Positions 10,613 to 19,450 of a stretch of DNA of 28,759 nucleotides are shown here, in pieces. Source of the stretch: Macrostomum lignano (Eukaryota). The stretch covers positions 1 through 28,759 of the forward strand of contig NIVC01005003.1 in NCBI GenBank assembly GCA_002269645.1, in the 5' to 3' direction. How positions within the stretch are numbered: the stretch's first letter is position 1; every line of letters begins with the position of its first letter. Below the pieces are notes generated by a model, which was given only the letters and a program-made list of their open reading frames with translations, did not search any database and was not told where the DNA came from. Made by a program: the position numbers and the translations under genes.

Positions 10613-11344
10613 CTATTCATTATCTGTGAGCTCCATTCTACGCATGATCTCAAACAAGTCGGTTGGATCACTTGTTTCCCTTGTGGTCTGTGGTGCCTCT
10701 TCAGCGTCAATGTTTTTGAGATTATGCAAGCGTTCAAGACGACCGATTCTTCTCACCGATTTCTGCCATTCGGTAAAAACTAAATCTACAAAGACTTTAA
10801 TTGCAGTAATTCTTACTTTGATTCGATCATGCAACGCTGTTGACTGAGTCATGAACTCTTCTAAATTCCTCACTTTACCTGTGTTGGTTGCGACGTTTTC
10901 TTTAATTCTATCATGCAACGCTGTTGACTGGTTCATGAACTCTTCTAAATTATTCACTTTAGCTGTGTTTGTGAAAACTCCTCCTTCAAGAATACGCATC
11001 CGTCTATCAGTGGAATTTCCCAGAAGATTAACTGTCGATCTTAAGCTGTTGATTTGCGAGACTGCCGAAGTTATTTCTGACCTAAGTTCATTAGTTGCGT
11101 TTAACAACGGCACATAAAGCTTATCACTTTCAAACTTCTGCCTGGCTACTTTAAGCCTGAGATCTTCCATGTTTATTTGCAACTGGTGCATGGAGCGCTC
11201 TAGGGTTTTCAGTCTGTTTTTATTCAGTTTGATCTCTGGGATCTTTTCGTCGCTGTTGATATATCGCCTGTCAAGGATGGATATCTGAGCTGATGTAAGA
11301 GCGCTGTTGCCAGAAATGGATTCACCTGCAAAGTTTATCGACAT
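10613..11344 (-). CDS. Coiled-coil protein with a 28-aa internal duplication (possible fibre/spike)
   Basis: 243-aa heptad-rich ORF. NT(A/G)KV.NLEEFM.QSTALHDRIK is repeated with an 84-bp period. The ATG is preceded by TTAAAAAG. Confidence 0.7.
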   Translation of the reverse strand: MSINFAGESISGNSALTSAQISILDRRYINSDEKIPEIKLNKNRLKTLERSMHQLQINMEDLRLKVARQKFESDKLYVPLLNATNELRSEITSAVSQINSLRSTVNLLGNSTDRRMRILEGGVFTNTAKVNNLEEFMNQSTALHDRIKENVATNTGKVRNLEEFMTQSTALHDRIKVRITAIKVFVDLVFTEWQKSVRRIGRLERLHNLKNIDAEEAPQTTRETSDPTDLFEIMRRMELTDNE

Positions 11345-11360
11345 CTTTTAATAGCAAATT

Positions 11361-12161
11361 TTAAATTACAGTTCTTTTTTCTTTGCTGATAATCACAAAC
11401 TGGTAAGGCTGATTCCACTTGTCATAGCAAAGATTAACGAATTCCTCTTGTGAAATCTTTCTGCTTGAGTTTTTTGTTGGATTTATGAAATAGGCAGGCG
11501 CAATGACCTCATTGTAAAATCTTTTTAACCTGTCCTGTGGAATGGTTGGAAACAGGAGAATCAGATTGCAGTTCCCACGAATTGTTTTGTTCGGGAGCTC
11601 GAACCAGTTCTGTGCAATGTAAATTACATTACAATTGTTATGTCGCCCTCTTGTAAAATAGTTTTCTATCTGCTTCTGTGGGCCTGTCATACAATCATCA
11701 AAGACGATCAAATGCTTTCTCCCCTTTTCTAGCTCATCTGGTTGGGGTAGAAGTTTGGTCTTTGGATCAGCCTGTGGATCTCCATAGGTGAACACTTTAA
11801 TGTTCTGCCATTTTTCATTGTCTTTGAGGTGCTTTGCATATTCGGCAGCTACAATTTCAGGGTTACTGGGAAGGCTCATTTGGTTATTAAAACATGCAAT
11901 AATGTCCTCTTTGTTCAGCTTGTTTTGAAGCCCTGCAATCAGCATTCTATACTCATCTTGATACAGTGTGGGAGAGTAGATGTGCAGAGTGTCATAGTCG
12001 ATAAAGCCAGGTCTAAGAAGCATGTTAAAGACTCTGAATGTTTTACCTGAACCTGATGAACCAACAACAATGCATCTGAAGTGACTCGGGATTGACTCAT
12101 GATGAGAAAACTTAATCTGATTACGTGTCCAGTGAGGATTGAAGTCGTTTGAAAAGTCCAT
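11361..12161 (-). CDS. FtsK/A32-like DNA packaging ATPase
   Basis: Walker A GSSGSGKT, Walker B LIVFDD, and the A32-family motif FTRGRHNNCNVIYIAQ. Confidence 0.95.
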   Translation of the reverse strand: MDFSNDFNPHWTRNQIKFSHHESIPSHFRCIVVGSSGSGKTFRVFNMLLRPGFIDYDTLHIYSPTLYQDEYRMLIAGLQNKLNKEDIIACFNNQMSLPSNPEIVAAEYAKHLKDNEKWQNIKVFTYGDPQADPKTKLLPQPDELEKGRKHLIVFDDCMTGPQKQIENYFTRGRHNNCNVIYIAQNWFELPNKTIRGNCNLILLFPTIPQDRLKRFYNEVIAPAYFINPTKNSSRKISQEEFVNLCYDKWNQPYQFVIISKEKRTVI

Positions 12162-12200
12162 TTTTTCTATGATGAAAAAAATTTAAATAATAAATAATGT

Positions 12201-12368
12201 AGATGTGTCATTTCGGGACTTAGATGTGTCATTTTGGGACTTAGATGTGTCATTTTGGGACTTGGATGTGTTATTTTGGGACTTAGATGTGTCATTTTGG
12301 GACTTAGATGTGTCATTTTGGGACTTAAATGTGTCATTTTGGTACTTAATTGTGTCATTTTGGGACTA
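12201..12368. repeat. 8 x 21-bp tandem repeat upstream of the ATPase gene
   Basis: Unit AGATGTGTCATTTTGGGACTT, with few substitutions between copies. Confidence 0.95.
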
Positions 12369-12409
12369 GTCTTGTACCTTTACATTTCTTGTACCCTCGG
12401 AAAGTACCT

Positions 12410-12808
12410 TTAGTCAAATTTGAAACCACTTCCTTTTTTAATGCTAGCTCTCATCTTCTCATAGACTGCAGGGTCCACACTGTCTGGATTTGGGGCCAGC
12501 GGGGCCAGCGGGGCCAGCGGGGCCAGTGGAGGTTGAATCTCTTGTTTAGGTGTTACAGTATCCTTTATCTTTTTGGCTGCTGTGGCTACACTGCCAGCCG
12601 CTTCGGCAACGTTCTTGATGTTCTCTTTGTTCTCTCCAATGACCTTAAAAATCTTAGCCCCCTGAGCGATCAAATCAGCAAGGCCATTCCCAGAGCGTTC
12701 TTTTCTTGGATAGTGGCCTGCAGGGAAAAGTCCAGATCCGCGTTTAATGAGATTAAGTTCCTCTTTGTCATAGTATTTGTCAATGTCTTTTTCGAAAATA
12801 ATTGGCAT
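12410..12808 (-). CDS. Small basic putative virion core protein
   Basis: ATG at 12808 after TTTAAAAAG. It has GxG motifs (RGSGL, SGNGL, terminal KKGSGF) and a PLAPLAPLAP repeat, a layout like Polinton core proteins. Confidence 0.65.
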   Translation of the reverse strand: MPIIFEKDIDKYYDKEELNLIKRGSGLFPAGHYPRKERSGNGLADLIAQGAKIFKVIGENKENIKNVAEAAGSVATAAKKIKDTVTPKQEIQPPLAPLAPLAPLAPNPDSVDPAVYEKMRASIKKGSGFKFD

Positions 12809-12824
12809 CTTTTTAAATAGAAAT

Positions 12825-14021
12825 TTATTTTTTGTTAAACCGTGAAAGCAAAAGTTCTCTTGCTCTTTTATCGATATATTTTCTCTCAAGCATTTTGTCC
12901 AGGATGTTGACAAATTCTTTTCTATTCTCGTCTTTCATTCCGGTCTTTGCCGCTCCTAGAAGAACAGCTAACCGCTTGTAGAATTCAGGCATGCCTTTTC
13001 CAGTTGAGGGCGGTTGGTCTTGAGGTTGTGGAGTTGGTTGGGCTTGTGGCTGCTGGGGAGGTGATGCAAAAGACTGCTCACTTTCAGAGACGGAACTGTC
13101 ATGTGGTGCCTGTCTTTGTTGAGGTGTGAAAACTCTTTGCTTGATTCTGTTCATTCGATCTGGAGAGTGTTGTTCTAAGTGTTGCCAATCTGTTGGGTTT
13201 TGTTTCTTATATTCAGCTACTTGAGTCGGATCTGCATTTTCCAGTTGCCTGAGTACTTCTGTGAAATGTTGCTGCTGCTGTGGTTGTGGTTGTTGTTGCT
13301 GTTGTTGTTGTTGTTCTAGATATTTTATGACTTCCGCCTGATCTGGCAAATCGAACCATTGTTTAAAGTGATTGTACTTTTTGAATCTAGTCAGGTTGAC
13401 ACCGTTATCATACATAAGTCTCAGGACTTCTGGGGCCTTTAGTATTGCTATATCTCTAGCAAGAGCAAAAGTCACTAGATCTCTATAGTTCTTTAGCTGT
13501 TTGTCCGAGATTCTCTCTTGGTTCTTGGTCATAAAAGTCAGTAAGGTTTCTGTGAAAGGAATGCTCTTAGTTTCCGAGCCTTTGACAACAGAAATATGTT
13601 TCTTATTTATGTCGATATAATATTCCACTGGTTCATTATAAATGTTTCTTCTCCACATACTTATTCCAAATACATATTTCCCATCATGTTCGACACGCTC
13701 TACTGGTCCAAAAATGTTATCTGTCACTTTTAGTTGTGATTGATGTGGTTGTGGTTGTTGTGGTTGCGGCTGTATCTGTGGTGCTTCTGGAATTTTGCCC
13801 AAAACCTTTTGCACTTGGGTTTCCTGTATGTCGTCGATAGTTTCTTTGACCTGATCAATATTTTTCTTAGCTTCTCCATACCCGGGTTTATGAAACTCTG
13901 TGGCTGCTTGGACAAACTCATTGTAGGATTGTTGCTCCTTATTTATTAGCCCGGTAACTCGTTTCTCTGCTTGTGCTAGCTTCTCCAATTCAGATATCTG
14001 CTGTGTACTTTTCCGCTTCAT
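12825..14021 (-). CDS. Conserved Polinton protein, Gln-rich, with a C-terminal GKG..RL..LL..A..G helical domain
   Basis: 398-aa intact ORF. The C-terminal GKGMPEFYKRLAVLLGAAKTG..EFVNILDKMLERKYI resembles the conserved C-terminus of uncharacterised Polinton ORFs. Confidence 0.7.
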   Translation of the reverse strand: MKRKSTQQISELEKLAQAEKRVTGLINKEQQSYNEFVQAATEFHKPGYGEAKKNIDQVKETIDDIQETQVQKVLGKIPEAPQIQPQPQQPQPHQSQLKVTDNIFGPVERVEHDGKYVFGISMWRRNIYNEPVEYYIDINKKHISVVKGSETKSIPFTETLLTFMTKNQERISDKQLKNYRDLVTFALARDIAILKAPEVLRLMYDNGVNLTRFKKYNHFKQWFDLPDQAEVIKYLEQQQQQQQQPQPQQQQHFTEVLRQLENADPTQVAEYKKQNPTDWQHLEQHSPDRMNRIKQRVFTPQQRQAPHDSSVSESEQSFASPPQQPQAQPTPQPQDQPPSTGKGMPEFYKRLAVLLGAAKTGMKDENRKEFVNILDKMLERKYIDKRARELLLSRFNKK

Positions 14022-14051
14022 TTCTTATTTTATTTTATTTTTAGTTAAAAA

Positions 14052-15337
14052 ATGAACGACCCACTGACACCAGTTTTCTACAAAATTAACAAGCCTATTT
14101 TGAGTGATGATAGCACAATCAAAGCGACACAAGTTAGAGTTCCGAGTCACGAGAACCAGAATGAAACTAATTTGGGTCCAGGTCAAACACTGACATTTAC
14201 ATACAATGGATGTTCGTCTCTGGTTAGTGTGCACAGTCTTAAGAGCGGCTTCCATATGACATTTCAATTCAAGACAAAAGGTGGTGCGGATGCGGCTCGT
14301 GCTAACGTTGACAAGCATGATGCGGATGTGGCTCTGATCAGTAACTTTTGGGCGTACATGTTCAAGGAGTTTAGTGTATCGAATGGGAGCACTGAGTTGG
14401 AGCGAATCGCCAACTTTGGAATTGTCTATGACGCTCATTGTTTGATCGAGAATCCTGATTTTATTCAGTTGGGAAGTGGTGCAGGTTTTATTGCAGACGA
14501 AAAAGAAGGAGATATCAATGACAGTGGCTATAAAAATAGGAAGAAGAGATACAACTATGCTTGCAAGGTGCTGATGATGCTGCTAAAAACCCGCTGTATC
14601 GGTCTGTTGATGTATTTGTACCATTGAGATTCATGAGTGGATTCTGTAATACATTTAATCGACTGACTAGTAACTTTAGCTACACATTTAGGATGACTAG
14701 AGATGATCGCAGTAGAGTGTTGTGGACTGGGGCGGACCACACAAGGATGGAGGTGAAGCTAACCGGAATCGAGCTGTATTTGGAAGTCATTGAGCCAAAG
14801 ACTGCACTAAAAGCAGACTATCTTAAGGCAATAGAGAAGGACATTGATGTTGCATACACAGCCTACATGTGTCGAGATGAGCGAAACGAAACTAGAACAA
14901 ACATCTGCATTAAAGAGGGATCATGCAGCAATCCAAGGTATATTATTATTAACATGAGAAACCCAAATAGCATTATACGCTACATGCATGGTGACGTGCG
15001 GTCCATTCAGCATGAAATCAGTGATAATCTTTACCCTGCACTGCCACAAAATGGAGATTTCAGTCAGAACAAGATTAGCAAATTTTATAGCGAGTTGGTC
15101 GACTTGGCTGTGAAAGAGAACAATGGAATTGCTATCACTGCTCTTCAATATGGAACTCTATATCCAATGTTTGGCGCTGATGTGTCTGCCAGACAAATGC
15201 CTACTGATAACAGCCCTGTGAATATCGTGACCAACATTGAGAGGACTGTCGCAACACCCGTGGACTTGTACATTATCTATGCATTTGAGAGGAAGGTGAA
15301 GCTTAACATGATCAACAATTCATCCAGTAAAGTTTAA
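14052..15337 (+). CDS. MCP: Major capsid protein (double jelly-roll, hexon-like); 1-bp deletion near 14560
   Basis: About 430 aa after joining the two ORFs. Motifs SDDSTI.., LISNFWAYMF, VPLRFMSGFC and PMFGADVS fit Polinton MCPs. It is adjacent to the penton-like gene. Confidence 0.82.
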
Positions 15338-15361
15338 ATATTTTTTTTGTGGGTGAAAAAA

Positions 15362-16225
15362 ATGGAAGCTATAGCCGAAAGACTAAACAATATTATTTCG
15401 CACTCCAAGGAGAGCATTCCTATTACAATAACTGGGCGGATTAATGACTCAAACGGGATATTTGTTCAAAAATTAGAGCAGGCGATTAGCCTGGATCCAG
15501 GTGCTAATTACCATGTCTATCTTAACGACTTCACTGGTTGGTCAAACGTTCCCAATGTGACGGCAGCAAATAATAAGTTTTATTACAAATGGAAAGGTGC
15601 AGCAGCAGAACCTGTGGTATTCCCTGTGAGCACGCAAAGTGTGGATACCTACAATTACTTTCTAGAAAACGTCTTTACTAAAAGAGGCCATTTTGAGACA
15701 CCTGATATGAGTAAGCCAGAGAAGAAACTGTTCCCTGTTAAACTAACCTATGATCTCACTGTAATGAGAGTGGTCATGCAAGTTTACAAAGATGCGGAGG
15801 TTGAGTTTAAAGATGACACTTGGTATAGGGAATTGGGATTCGTGAAGAAAGTTTATAAGGCAGAATCCACAGCGCGGACTGTCACTCAAGCATCGGGGGC
15901 CGTTAGCATGGCCCGGGAAAGTGTACGCGGTTTGTTCTTAGCACCCAATATAGCAGACATTGTAAAGGGTTTGAATATTCTAATCAGAACTAATCTCAGT
16001 CTTGATTGGGTATTTAAGGGAAAGCGAACTAATATTTTGTACAACATCTCCAACTCTGTAGCTGGAGGACAGATGGTGGTAGAGAAACCAAATCCAGTGA
16101 AAAGAGTTGTATTGAGTAATAAGGAGATTCACGAGATTGTGCTTCAGTTTGAGACTGAAGATGGGATGGGCGTTGATTTTAATGGGGAAGAGTTTGTATT
16201 GACGTTAATCATTGAGAGAATGTGA
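15362..16225 (+). CDS. mCP: Minor capsid protein (penton-like, single jelly-roll)
   Basis: ISLD..YHVYL..WSNVPNVTAANNKFYY at the N-terminus and FETEDGMGVDFNGEEFVLTLII at the C-terminus, typical of Polinton penton. Confidence 0.82.
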   Translation: MEAIAERLNNIISHSKESIPITITGRINDSNGIFVQKLEQAISLDPGANYHVYLNDFTGWSNVPNVTAANNKFYYKWKGAAAEPVVFPVSTQSVDTYNYFLENVFTKRGHFETPDMSKPEKKLFPVKLTYDLTVMRVVMQVYKDAEVEFKDDTWYRELGFVKKVYKAESTARTVTQASGAVSMARESVRGLFLAPNIADIVKGLNILIRTNLSLDWVFKGKRTNILYNISNSVAGGQMVVEKPNPVKRVVLSNKEIHEIVLQFETEDGMGVDFNGEEFVLTLIIERM

Positions 16226-16229
16226 GAAA

Positions 16230-16469
16230 TCACAATTGCCTAATGATTTCTGCAAAGTTATAGTAGCTGTCATAATCTTTTACATAGGTTACTCCATACT
16301 TATGAAACCAATGTCTTTGGAGAGCTTGATTAATATTAGGGACATTGATTTGAACGTCGGGCCAATATTTTCTCATGTATTCGCTGCATTCAAGTTTGCA
16401 TCGGTACTTACTCTTGTAATTAGGCTCGTGCGTTTTGTAATAAGAACCTGGAGAGACAACTGGAAACAT
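16230..16469 (-). CDS. Small orphan protein (79 aa, Tyr/Lys-rich)
   Basis: ATG preceded by CAATAAAA like the other element genes. Its stop is 4 nt from the penton stop. No recognisable family. Confidence 0.5.
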   Translation of the reverse strand: MFPVVSPGSYYKTHEPNYKSKYRCKLECSEYMRKYWPDVQINVPNINQALQRHWFHKYGVTYVKDYDSYYNFAEIIRQL

Positions 16470-16675
16470 TTTTATTGAAAATTTAATTTTTTTCAAAGGG
16501 TAAGGACCCTGCGCTGATGATTTAAAGTCTTAGGGATCTGGTTTCACGTTGCGGATTGAATGTGGGGAGAAGAATGCAGATTATTTTCTGATTGTTTCGA
16601 AGATGCTATGGGTGGATGTCAGTGGATTATGTCAGTGTCAGTGAGCATAACAGGTGTCCTACTGTTATGCTCTGA

Positions 16676-17683
16676 TTCTGTCAGGGATAATGCTCTGATT
16701 CTGTCAGGGATAATATGGATGGATTTAATGGAATTATGGAGGACGTTTTGTGAGCGAGTGCGACCCCCTTTTTTTCTGATTCTGTCAGGGATAATATGGA
16801 TGGATTTAATGGGATTATGGAGGACGTTTTTGGAGCAGGTGCGACCCCCTTTTTTTCTGATTCTGTCAGGGATAATATGGATGGATTTAATGGGATTATG
16901 GAGGACGTTTTTGGAGCAGGTGCGACCCCCCTTTTTTTCTGATTCTGTCAGGGATAATATGGATGGATTTAATGGGATTATGGAGGAGGTTTTTGGAGCA
17001 GGTGCGACCCCCCTTTTTTTCTGATTCTGTCAGGGATAATATGGATGGATTTAATGGGATTATGGAGGACGTTTTTGGAGCAGGTGCGACCCCCCTTTTT
17101 TTCTGATTCTGTCAGGGATAATATGGATGGATTTAATGGGATTATGGAGGAGGTTTTTGGAGCAGGTGCGACCCCCCTTTTTTTCTGATTCTGTCAGGGA
17201 TAATATGGATGGATTTAATGGGATTATGGAGGAGGTTTTTGGAGCAGGTGCGACCCCCCTTTTTTTCTGATTCTGTCAGGGATAATATGGATGGATTTAA
17301 TGGGATTATGGAGGACGTTTTTGGAGCAGGTGCGACCCCCCTTTTTTTCTGATTCTGTCAGGGATAATATGGATGGATTTAATGGGATTATGGAGGAGGT
17401 TTTTGGAGCAGGTGCGACCCCCCTTTTTTTCTGATTCTGTCAGGGATAATATGGATGGATTTAATGGGATTATGGAGGACGTTTTTGGAGCAGGTGCGAC
17501 CCCCCTTTTTTTCTGATTCTGTCAGGGATAATATGGATGGATTTAATGGGATTATGGAGGACGTTTTTGGAGCAGGTGCGACCCCCTTTTTTTCTGATTC
17601 TGTCAGGGATAATATGGATGGATTTAATGGGATTATGGAGGAGGTGAAAAATTTTGTCCCAGAAGCCCGCCATGCCTTCTACT
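16676..17683. repeat. Right terminal inverted repeat: about 12 copies of the ~82-bp unit plus a 38-bp unique terminus
   Basis: Reverse complement of the left array, including the variant innermost unit (GTGAGCGAGTGCGA vs TCGCACTCGCTCAC) and the short GCATTATCCCTGACAGAA tail. The array stops at 17645. Confidence 0.95.
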
Positions 17684-18272
17684 ATTGAGTCGTTTTTCGG
17701 GAAGATCGTTGCAACTCGTCCAGGTTCTAAGCCCAATGTCTCCTTGTCTCGAATACGGCAACTACTTACACCAAGACAAGGCCTCGATGATGCTTAATCT
17801 GATCAATCAGTCAGGCTCAAGCTCTTCCAAAGCCACCCCCCGTGCTCATCTGACTCGCACTAGCCGCTCTCTCCCACTCCCACTCTAGCTCATATTAGGC
17901 TATTTCTATATCCACTCTTTTTTCCCGGGCGCGCTTTAAATCTCTGAACGTGGAATTCTGCTGCGTAATAGCCACAATGTTCCCCCATACAGTATGTTCA
18001 AGCGGGCAGTGTGTATGTAAATAGGCTCTATTGGATGTGGCTCTACTAAGGCTTTAAAACATCGCGCTTCTATACTGCATAGAGAGACAGTTATATAGTT
18101 GCCATCAATCTTAAAATAAATCTACTGCTGCATATCATATGGTAAAGAACTGGGTAGTTTTAATTGCAGATTGCAAACTGGAACTGTCTTGTGAGATACT
18201 GGCTGCCTTCTACTCGTAGTTGGATTCGGGCGACTTTTTCAAACTACCAATGCACGTAGCTTCGGCGTTGTG

Positions 18273-18828
18273 CTGGCCCTATCTGACACCACATCTTGCG
18301 TCCATCTGGCCCTATCTGACACCACATCTTGCGTCCATCTGGCCCTATCTGACACCACATCTTGCGTCCATCTGGCCCTATCTGACACCACATCTTGCGT
18401 CCATCTGGCCCTATCTGACACCACATCTTGCGTCCATCTGGCCCTATCTGACACCACATCTTGCGTCCATCTGGCCCTATCTGACACCACATCTTGCGTC
18501 CATCTGGCCCTATCTGACACCACATCTTGCGTCCATCTGGCCCTATCTGACACCACATCTTGCGTCCATCTGGCCCTATCTGACACCACATCTTGCGTCC
18601 ATCTGGCCCTATCTGACACCACATCTTGCGTCCATCTGGCCCTATCTGACACCACATCTTGCGTAAATCTGGCCCTATCTGACACCACATCTTGCGTCCA
18701 TCTGGCCCTATCTGACACCACATCTTGCGTCCATCTGGCCCTATCTGACACCACATCTTGCGTAAATCTGGCCCTATCTGACACCACATCTTGCGTCCAT
18801 CTGGCCCTATCTGACAACACATCTTGCG
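18273..18828. repeat. 33-bp minisatellite, about 17 near-identical copies
   Basis: Unit CTGGCCCTATCTGACACCACATCTTGCGTCCAT. Confidence 0.97.
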
Positions 18829-19450
18829 CCTTTTTAGCACCCAATTCAACTGAAGCTTATTTTGACGCTTCTAACGGTCGTTAATAAAAATAGATTGTCA
18901 AGAAAAAACTAGAACCAGCAATACGTCAAATGAATACCAAGATGTCAAATGAATATCAAGTTCCTTTAAACCAATGAAACATCTAACAAATGGAGTAGAT
19001 ATAAATTTTAGCTACCAATTTGAAGATCGTTATATTTAAATTGGGGACGTCAAATTCTTATGATACTACTTGAAACTACTGAAGTTGCTGCATTATGGGC
19101 GATTCTGCATTTCCCATTTTCCTTTGAAACGGAATGAAGCTCTTTGGTTTGAGACAAATCTTGATACTTTCAGCGATTTAATTAAAGAAGGCAAAGTTTG
19201 GTTTGGAGAGGCACACAAAATGGTCAATTATTAGTTTCATAAGTGCTATACATGTGGCTAATTTATTACCTGTACTTTTACTAGTTTATCTACTTCGAGA
19301 ATAAAATCGCTTGGATGCTGTAGGCAGGCACGCACTCACACAGGTGTACAGCAACCATTTTGTGACTTTCAAATTGTCAGACATGTACACTCCCTGTGCC
19401 TTGGGGTCTGGGTCTCATGGCTGTGAGTCGCTCGATAACCCACTCCACTG

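Larger units (their letters stand above)
1..17683. mobile_element. Polinton/Maverick (adintovirus-like) endogenous dsDNA virus/transposon, left end truncated by the window
   Basis: Integrase, pPolB, cysteine protease, packaging ATPase and two capsid-like genes lie between inverted copies of the same 82-bp array (1..2368 vs 16676..17645). The right end is placed at ...CTACT (17683), which reads 5'-AGTAG on the minus strand. Confidence 0.95.

Noticed and set aside
18220-18884. Repeat proteins encoded by the 33-bp array
   Set aside because: Four frames on both strands are open simply because the 33-bp unit lacks stops. There is no credible start or flanking domain.
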